Assembly (NCBI GenBank): GCA_022565235.1
Contig: JADFJW010000001.1
Coordinates: 1,135 to 65,134, forward strand
Direction of reading: 5' to 3'
DNA: 64,000 bases
Origin: Nanobdellota archaeon
GTDB taxonomy: Archaea; Nanobdellota; Nanobdellia; Woesearchaeales; GW2011-AR4
Positions 58,412 through 64,000 of the stretch are shown here, in pieces. Position numbers and translations under genes: made by a program. The notes beneath the pieces are model-generated. The model had not been told where the DNA came from, ran no database searches, and worked only from the letters and a program-made list of their open reading frames with translations. Every line of letters starts with the position of its first letter. The stretch's first letter is position 1.

Positions 58412-59453
58412 ATATCCCGATGAAAGTCACAAGCATCGCAAGCACTATTGGGCCTATTATTACCCCTATAAAGCCAAGAAGGTTTAGTCCGCCTACAACC
58501 CCAAGTAAGACAAGAACAGGATGTAATCCACCTTTATCTCCTATTATTTTTGGTTTCAATATGTTATCTATTGTTCCTATAATAAATACCCCATAAAGTA
58601 TAAACAGTATCCCTTTTACCATCAGGGTAGAGTCTGAATTAACATAGCCGCTAAATATCAGAATTAAAGAGGCCGGAAGCCAGATAAGAGAAGAGCCTAC
58701 GTATGGAATCAAAGATGCAAACATCATGACTATGCCCCATAATATAGGAGAAGGCAGCCCAAACATAAGAAATCCGATACCTCCTAAAGCTCCCTGGATT
58801 ATTGCAATTATTATGCTTCCATAAATCACTGCATAAGCCATATCATTTAATTTTTTGAAAACATGTTTCCTGTATTTGCTTTTTAATGGCATAATGCGCT
58901 CAATCTTGTCGATAAAAATTTTTCCATCCCTGAAAAGGAAAAACATGACAAACAAAACAATAAACATGTCGAGCATAAATAGTGGAACTGAAAACAGCAA
59001 ATTTGAAATGCTGCCGGTTATTTTTGTGGTAATGCTTTTAATGGTCGTGTCAAAATAATATTTTGTCTGAGGATCATTTATTCTATCAGAAAAAAAATTT
59101 GATATCTTACATACAGTTTTATCTGCCGGTGTGCATTCTTCCAGGAATTGCCCACTAGCAAGTTTCTGCCTTGATAGTAAATAAGTCGTATAAGCCTCCT
59201 TGGATATGGTATTAAGTACGAAAAATAAAGGCATGGTTATTATTAAAATAACTAAGATGGAAGTAATTAAGGAGGAAATGTTCTTATTCCTGATTTTTTT
59301 ATAGATTCTTGAGTATATAGGGTAGAATATATAAGAAAAAATTATCCCGGTAAGCACAGCAGTAAGAAACGGTTTTATAATCAGGAAGGATATGAAGATT
59401 AAAACTAAAAAAATTAATGTAAAAACAATTTTCTGGTATAATTCTGATTTCAT
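58392..59453 (-). CDS. AI-2E family transporter (UPF0118/PerM-like)
   Basis: Eight predicted TM and the C-terminal pattern PVLVLLGVVGGLNLLGFIGVIIGPIVLAML typical of AI-2E. The start is taken at MKSELYQ. Confidence 0.75.
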   Translation of the reverse strand: MKSELYQKIVFTLIFLVLIFISFLIIKPFLTAVLTGIIFSYIFYPIYSRIYKKIRNKNISSLITSILVILIITMPLFFVLNTISKEAYTTYLLSRQKLASGQFLEECTPADKTVCKISNFFSDRINDPQTKYYFDTTIKSITTKITGSISNLLFSVPLFMLDMFIVLFVMFFLFRDGKIFIDKIERIMPLKSKYRKHVFKKLNDMAYAVIYGSIIIAIIQGALGGIGFLMFGLPSPILWGIVMMFASLIPYVGSSLIWLPASLILIFSGYVNSDSTLMVKGILFILYGVFIIGTIDNILKPKIIGDKGGLHPVLVLLGVVGGLNLLGFIGVIIGPIVLAMLVTFIGIYEEEKS

Positions 59454-59471
59454 TTTAACTAATATATTTAA

Positions 59472-59613
59472 TGGGCCCGAAGGGACTCCCAAATCATGAG
59501 CCTTGCAAGGCTCCTAGATATTCGAACCCTTGATCTCCGCCATTTCAATATTTAATAATAAATATTATTTATTTAATGTCGAGGCGACGTCATAGCCACT
59601 AGACCACGGGCCC
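59472..59613 (-). tRNA. intron-containing tRNA (Val-GAC if the intron is at 37/38, Phe-GAA if at 32/33) with a second insertion of about 35 nt after the T-loop
   Basis: Acceptor GGGCCCG/CGGGCCC, D-arm GTCTAGTGGCTATGAC, anticodon stem TCGCC/GGCGG separated by a 34-nt AT-rich insert, and T-stem AAGGG-TTCGAAT...CCCTT with the palindromic insert GAGCCTTGCAAGGCTC. Confidence 0.6.
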
Positions 59614-59653
59614 ATAAATACTGATAAGAATATTGGATATAAAAACATTGCTA

Positions 59654-60133
59654 TTACCCCACAAATACAGACTGGCCCAGGGGGCTGAAGAAGAATAAAA
59701 AGAAAGCTGTTACCAGGCCAAAAACAACCAATATTATTTCCTGCATTATTTGATGGAACCTTGTAAAGTCCCTCGTTGCATCCACAATATCTGTTTCGGT
59801 TATAATGCCGATTAACTTATCATTCTCAACAACAGGAAATCTTTTTATTTTTTCTTCCCTTAATTTTTTAATTATATAAGAATAGCTTGTATTTGTATTT
59901 ACTATTAAAAATTCTTTGCTCATAACATCTTTTATCTTGACCTTGTTTGGACTTTTGTTCAATGCCCCTTTAATTAAGCTGTTTTCTGTAACAATTGCTA
60001 TCGGCTTATTATTTTTTGTGACTAATAAGCTTTTAACATGCTTATTCACCATTAATTTTGCTGCTTCGGTTATAGTAGCACTTTCATTTATTGTTATTAC
60101 ATTTTCCGTCATTATTGTTTTTGCCTTTATCAT
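59654..60133 (-). CDS. CBS-domain pair protein with C-terminal TM helix
   Basis: Two CBS motifs (IMTENVITI..., VMSKEFLIVN...) and the tail LVVFGLVTAFFLFFF. Confidence 0.8.
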   Translation of the reverse strand: MIKAKTIMTENVITINESATITEAAKLMVNKHVKSLLVTKNNKPIAIVTENSLIKGALNKSPNKVKIKDVMSKEFLIVNTNTSYSYIIKKLREEKIKRFPVVENDKLIGIITETDIVDATRDFTRFHQIMQEIILVVFGLVTAFFLFFFSPLGQSVFVG

Positions 60134-60135
60134 CG

Positions 60136-60621
60136 TTATAAAAGATTAAGGAAGTTAAATACATGCTCATTAAAAACAAAAATTAAAAATTCGAATATTA
60201 CAAAAAGGATGAGTACGGCATTTTGGATATTTCTATGAAATCTTATATTATCATTTAATGCCTGTACTACGGCATTCTCCGTCACCAAACCGACAATATT
60301 ACCATTCTCAATAACAGGATACCTTTTAAAATGTTTTGTATCGATTATTTTATTGGCTTTTTCTAATGTGGTGTTAGGATCCATACTAGTAATTGGAGAG
60401 CTCATTATTTTGCTTACTTTCTCTTTTGAACTTATTTGTTTAGAAATTAAACTTTTTACAATATCCGATTCTGTAATTATTCCTAATGACTTTTTATCTT
60501 CAACTATTACCACACAACCGTGAGGCTTATTGGCCATAAGTCTAGCTGCATCAGAAATACTTGCCTCTTTTTTTAATGTTAGAACGCTGCTGTCCATTAT
60601 TTTACTAATTCTTGCCATCAA
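60136..60621 (-). CDS. CBS-domain pair protein with C-terminal TM helix
   Basis: A paralog of the 59654-60133 protein, with two CBS motifs and the tail VLILFVIFEFLIFVF. Confidence 0.8.
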   Translation of the reverse strand: MMARISKIMDSSVLTLKKEASISDAARLMANKPHGCVVIVEDKKSLGIITESDIVKSLISKQISSKEKVSKIMSSPITSMDPNTTLEKANKIIDTKHFKRYPVIENGNIVGLVTENAVVQALNDNIRFHRNIQNAVLILFVIFEFLIFVFNEHVFNFLNLL

Positions 60622-60661
60622 TAGAATTATGGTGATTATTGTTTAAAAAGTTTTCTATAAG

Positions 60662-60743
60662 GATATTAAAAGCCTCTGACGGAAGTTGCATCCGCGACCT
60701 CCACCTTTTTGCTAGCTACCAAGGTGGCGCAATAGCTACTATG
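60662..60743 (-). tRNA. tRNA-like sequence, probable tRNA-Thr(GGU) with a 9-nt insertion in the anticodon loop and an aberrant T-loop
   Basis: Acceptor GCCTCTG/CAGAGGC, D-stem GCA/TGC, anticodon stem CCACC/GGTGG and loop TTGGTA[GCTAGCAAA]A. The T-arm GCGGA-TGCAACT-TCCGT has G at position 55. Confidence 0.45.
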
Positions 60744-60819
60744 CTACAGAGGCACTTGCATTTCAATGAATTAAACCCAATATTTAAAAATTGCTAATAT
60801 TTACAAAAATAAGAATAGA

Positions 60820-61272
60820 ATGGCAAAGAAAAAGATATACAAACCTAAGAATGATGATGAATTTCTTGGACAGGTAGCAAAGATTATCTTTGTTGCTGGA
60901 TTCAGATATTCAATTGTGGAAGAAAGGTGGCCATCGATAAAGAAAGCATTCTATAAATTCGATATAAACAAATTGTCAAAATTAAATGAAAAACAAATTA
61001 ATAATATATTGAAAGCTAAAGGGATGATAAAGAATGTTGGTAAAATTGAAGCGATTATCGAGAATGCCAAGAAATGTAAAAAATTGGAAGAGGAACATGG
61101 TTCTGTTCTGAAATGGATTGAAAAGCTAAAAAAGGATTATAAGAAAAATCCGCTGTTTAACCCTTCTTTAGAGGATAGTTTTCTAAGATTTGATAGAATT
61201 GGTAAAATGACTTCTGGATGGCTTGCTAGTCTGCATAATGCTAAAGGCAAGTGCTTAATTTATGAAATGTAA
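60820..61272 (+). CDS. DNA-3-methyladenine glycosylase I (Tag)-like protein lacking the N-terminal zinc motif
   Basis: AGFRYSIVEERWPSIKKAFYKFDINKLSKLNEKQINNIL...NVGKIEAIIENAK aligns by eye to the Tag core (AGLSW..VLKKRENYR..F..FD...VA...IIRHRGKIQAIIGNAR). There is no CxxxW...YHDxEWG N-terminus. Confidence 0.5.
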   Translation: MAKKKIYKPKNDDEFLGQVAKIIFVAGFRYSIVEERWPSIKKAFYKFDINKLSKLNEKQINNILKAKGMIKNVGKIEAIIENAKKCKKLEEEHGSVLKWIEKLKKDYKKNPLFNPSLEDSFLRFDRIGKMTSGWLASLHNAKGKCLIYEM

Positions 61273-61274
61273 AA

Positions 61275-61510
61275 AATGCGAGGGAAGGGACTTTCGTTAC
61301 CTTTTCCGCAGAAAAGCCCGATTTTGGTCGAGCGCTTTTGCGCATAAGCGGAAAAGATCGTTTCGAACCCTCGGACGGACTAACCGACAGGATATCTTAC
61401 TTACACATAAGTGTCGGACTTATCTTAAGTCCTGCGCGTTTGACCAGACTTCGCTCTGAGGTTCATTAAGAATCAACTTAGATGATTACCCTCGCAATTG
61501 CCTGGTGTTA
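61275..61510 (+). repeat. family-2 GC-rich structured intergenic element, copy D
   Basis: It contains cttttccgc...gcggaaaag (a 9-bp inverted repeat), GCGCttttGCGC and the hairpin ggactta-tct-taagtcc. It aligns with copy C. Confidence 0.6.
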
Positions 61511-61546
61511 AGAAAGAAAGGAAATTTGTTTTTAAACATTACTAAT

Positions 61547-62065
61547 TTATCTGACTTTCATCTTGTATAATTCAAGAAAAGCCTTAAGGCGTTTGTGCAG
61601 ATCATAGCAGTCTGCATTAACAAGGCCTTCGTGCCTTTCTGTTAGTGTCATCCCTATATTCCAGATATACTTGTCATACATGGTCCTGAAAAATTGATAG
61701 AATGGGGCTTGCGTCCATCTGCTCGTAAGACTTGTCTCGACAAACCCGTCAATAGTTATCAAAACATCTGCTTGGTTTATCTTAATATTATGGCCTTTTC
61801 TCTTGATTCTGATTTCTTTGAGATTATTAAACAATGCCTGCAGCCTAACCACTTGTTTTACGGCCCTCACAGGATTTCTCCAGGCCTCTATTATCCATTC
61901 TATTTTCTTTCCTTTCGAGGTTACATTCTCTGATTTTCTTTTTAATTCTTTTTGGAGGCCTTTTTCTTCCATCCATTTTTCTACTTCGGCATAAAATCCT
62001 TCTATTGACAATGGACCGTTGTAAGCCACTCTTAAATCAAATACTACATGTTTTTTTTCAACCAT
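61547..62065 (-). CDS. uncharacterised protein, paralog 1 of a tandem triplet
   Basis: About 172 aa from MVEKKHVVFDLRVAYNGPL. It shares the blocks ...IEW.I..W...(V/I)KV...G...DG(F/Y)(V/I)E...RW...(F/Y)(Y/F)...R..Y... with the next two ORFs. Confidence 0.6.
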   Translation of the reverse strand: MVEKKHVVFDLRVAYNGPLSIEGFYAEVEKWMEEKGLQKELKRKSENVTSKGKKIEWIIEAWRNPVRAVKQVVRLQALFNNLKEIRIKRKGHNIKINQADVLITIDGFVETSLTSRWTQAPFYQFFRTMYDKYIWNIGMTLTERHEGLVNADCYDLHKRLKAFLELYKMKVR

Positions 62066-62066
62066 T

Positions 62067-62609
62067 TTAACCTGCTGCAACGAAAGGCGGCACTTTTGAT
62101 ACAACCTTATAATGCCTGTATATATTGAAGAACTGCTCTACTGTCTGGTACAAATGATGCACATCATGACTTAGTCTTTGCTCGAATCTCTCCGTATAAA
62201 TCTTAAAAAAAAAGATGTTGTAAAGTGACCTTATAAACTGGAATAAGGGTCTAGATTCCCATCTTTCCTCTTGGTCATACTCTATATAACCATCGAGGTA
62301 CATCACAACGCGACCGTTTCCAACCTTAACTTTTTTTTTGCCCACTACTGCATCCACTTTATTGTAATCGTGAACTAAGATTCTTACCTTAATATGGTGT
62401 CTGGTGTAATCGCTTATTCTTTTCCAGGGTATTATCTGCCATTCTATCTGCTTTCCGGTTTTTGTATTATTCTCAAATTCTTTATCAACTTTTAAATCAA
62501 AACCTCTTTCAAAGAGAAAGGCGTTTATATGCTTAAACAAATCATGGGCATCAAAAGGTCCACTATAATTCAATCTTAAATGATCAACAATTATTTTTAG
62601 CTCTGACAT
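62067..62609 (-). CDS. uncharacterised protein, paralog 2 of a tandem triplet
   Basis: 180 aa, MSELKIIVDHLRLNYSGPFDAHDLF...KQIEWQIIPW...MYLDGYIEYDQEERWESRPLFQFIRSLY. Confidence 0.6.
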   Translation of the reverse strand: MSELKIIVDHLRLNYSGPFDAHDLFKHINAFLFERGFDLKVDKEFENNTKTGKQIEWQIIPWKRISDYTRHHIKVRILVHDYNKVDAVVGKKKVKVGNGRVVMYLDGYIEYDQEERWESRPLFQFIRSLYNIFFFKIYTERFEQRLSHDVHHLYQTVEQFFNIYRHYKVVSKVPPFVAAG

Positions 62610-63172
62610 TATCTTACTCCGGCAAAGTCCCTATGTTCGAAACCTTCTGATTCCATCTTCAATCTTTCTTTGACTAATGATTGCAGCCTTAAAAAAACTT
62701 TGTAATACAGATGATCCCACCAGATACCTTCTATTTTTTTCTTTATAACAAAGCTGTGGTAATAGTTTCTCAAATTAGCATAGAAAGCCGTTTCCTCCCA
62801 CCTTTTGTCATAATCCATTTCTATGTTTCCCCTGAACTGTATCCATAACCTCCCTTTTGTAAATGTTTTTTTGCTCCCATCTTTCATAACAACTTCTACA
62901 TCCTGGGTATCAAAAGTATGCAAAAAAAGTTTAATTATAAATTTATAATATTCCTCTACGTTCCTATGGGCTTCCCATACATAATAGGTTTCAGGGCCAA
63001 AAGGTCCGGGACGTTTTTGTATATACTTGGATTCATAGAACTTAAACTTGTCTTTGTGAAAGAATGAAGCCACAAATTCATACAAATCCTGCATATCCCA
63101 AACTCCCTTATACTGGAAATAGGAAGTATTCATAGCTAGTTCTTTATGCTTAAACGGTAAAGGATCTGCCAT
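62609..63172 (-). CDS. uncharacterised protein, paralog 3 of a tandem triplet
   Basis: 187 aa from MADPLPFKHKE...YYVWEAH...QFRGNIEMDYDKRWEETAFYANLRNYY. The track start at 63256 extends into repeat copy E. Confidence 0.55.
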   Translation of the reverse strand: MADPLPFKHKELAMNTSYFQYKGVWDMQDLYEFVASFFHKDKFKFYESKYIQKRPGPFGPETYYVWEAHRNVEEYYKFIIKLFLHTFDTQDVEVVMKDGSKKTFTKGRLWIQFRGNIEMDYDKRWEETAFYANLRNYYHSFVIKKKIEGIWWDHLYYKVFLRLQSLVKERLKMESEGFEHRDFAGVR

Positions 63173-63204
63173 AAGAAAAATCTTGGTTGCAATGTATTTA
63201 AATT

Positions 63205-63400
63205 TTGTGGAAAAACGGAGGTTGGTACGAAACTCTGTGAATTGTGAGCGACTCACAGTCGCTCGCCGCGTTCACGGCTTGTGCGGAGCCTTATCATACC
63301 TCTCAACTTCGCTTCGCTCAGGTCGGGGTGCACAATCCTGCGGAACTATCTGCATTGGCAAATTACGCACAAGCACCGACTTTCGCACTAACCTAGGAAA
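63205..63400 (-). repeat. family-2 GC-rich structured intergenic element, copy E (inverted orientation)
   Basis: The reverse complement contains gagcgaagcga and gctcacaattcacag, which match gagcgaagcgag and gctcgcaattcacgg of copy C. The hairpin gagcgact-cac-agtcgctc shows a compensatory change relative to copy C. Confidence 0.55.
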
Positions 63401-63430
63401 AATTACATTTTTAAGAATTATTATGCGCTT

Positions 63431-63985
63431 TTAAATTGTGGTAATTTCCTGTTTAGAGCAGTTTTCACAAAGAACAGTTTGATTTATTTCTTTTACGGTT
63501 TCAGAATATTCCCCGCATTCCTGGCATATTCCTTCTGTAGGTATTATACGGTTTATCGGTTTTCTGCTTTCTTCCCTTAGCTCGAATTTTTCGACTATCA
63601 GGTCAAAAAGCTGCGGCTGAATCTTAAGAATGTCTTTTATTGTTAATAGTCCAATCATTTCATTGCCCTCTACAACTGGCAAATGCCTTATATTATTATC
63701 CCTCATCTTTATGAGCGCGTCATAGATATCTGCATGAGGAGAAATAGTAATCAAATCTTTTTCTGTAAAATTCTTAACCTTTTCATTAACATCTATGCCA
63801 TTTGCTACTGCTTTCCTTACAATATCCTGCTCTGTTAAGATTCCCAAGGAATTCCAGTCTTTAACGACAACGGCGCCTACGTGCTTTTCTGACATCAATT
63901 TGGCACATTCTAACAAAGTTGTATCTGGATCTATAGAAACAGGATTTACTGTCATTGCATCTGCAACTTTGTAGCCTGATTTCAT
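63431..63985 (-). CDS. CBS-domain pair protein with C-terminal zinc-ribbon
   Basis: Two CBS motifs followed by CQECGEYSETVKEINQTVLCENC (C-x2-C...C-x2-C). Confidence 0.8.
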   Translation of the reverse strand: MKSGYKVADAMTVNPVSIDPDTTLLECAKLMSEKHVGAVVVKDWNSLGILTEQDIVRKAVANGIDVNEKVKNFTEKDLITISPHADIYDALIKMRDNNIRHLPVVEGNEMIGLLTIKDILKIQPQLFDLIVEKFELREESRKPINRIIPTEGICQECGEYSETVKEINQTVLCENCSKQEITTI

Positions 63986-64000
63986 TCTGAAATTAGACTA

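Noticed and set aside
1-64000. CRISPR arrays, integrases/transposases, toxin-antitoxin pairs
   Set aside because: No regularly spaced direct repeats with unique spacers and no recognisable recombinase or transposase motifs were seen on either strand. The small-ORF pairs lacked recognisable TA signatures.

Overview
This is an AT-rich (about 30% GC by eye) archaeal chromosomal segment. The archaeal call rests on RNA polymerase subunits N and D, ribosomal proteins uS9, uL13, eL18, uS11, uS4 and uS13, archaeal-type LeuRS, CDP-archaeol synthase, deoxyhypusine synthase and intron-bearing tRNAs. Compact genes, many small surface proteins and the lipid-gene repertoire suggest a DPANN-like lineage, but that is inference. 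Gene content, in order along the window:

- **1-8 kb:** thiamine genes (thiS-thiG plus a ThiH/BioB-like radical-SAM protein), then a MacB/FtsX-type ABC transporter module with two paralogous permeases, a COG1361-like surface protein, an ATPase and a small wHTH gene.
- **8-14 kb:** a PaaK-like adenylate-forming enzyme, a cyclase-family protein, oxidative pentose-phosphate genes (zwf, gnd) and an FKBP lipoprotein.
- **15-24.5 kb:** a dense polar-lipid head-group island: psd, a PmtA-like methyltransferase, pssA, a DUF212 PAP2-like protein, DedA, five CDP-alcohol phosphatidyltransferase domains in four genes, two PHP phosphoesterases, an ATP-grasp enzyme and a PlsC-like acyltransferase.
- **24.5-30 kb:** NAD kinase, panE and leuS.
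- **30-34 kb:** a ribosomal/RNA-polymerase operon with tRNA-Leu.
- **34-41 kb:** class II RNR, a DEAD-box helicase with an RGG tail, thiL, carS, rpiB and a dph2 fragment.
- **41.7-49.3 kb:** an archaellum/type-IV-pilus-like locus: a KaiC/FlaH-like protein, five class-III-signal-peptide proteins, a wHTH-coiled-coil protein and a FlaI-like ATPase, with no membrane-platform gene.
- **49-56 kb:** a PQQ beta-propeller lipoprotein gene interrupted by one in-frame TAG, SAH hydrolase, Lrp, a PfkB kinase, an RCK channel and deoxyhypusine synthase.
- **56-64 kb:** a large surface protein, an AI-2E transporter, CBS-domain proteins, a Tag-like glycosylase and a tandem triplet of uncharacterised paralogs.

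Several noncoding repeat or motif families are visible by eye: GC-rich structured repeats, paired hairpin elements with compensatory changes, a promoter-proximal hairpin-plus-box motif and a 19-nt motif. No CRISPR array, transposase or integrase was seen. All product calls come from reading motifs in the translations, not from database searches.
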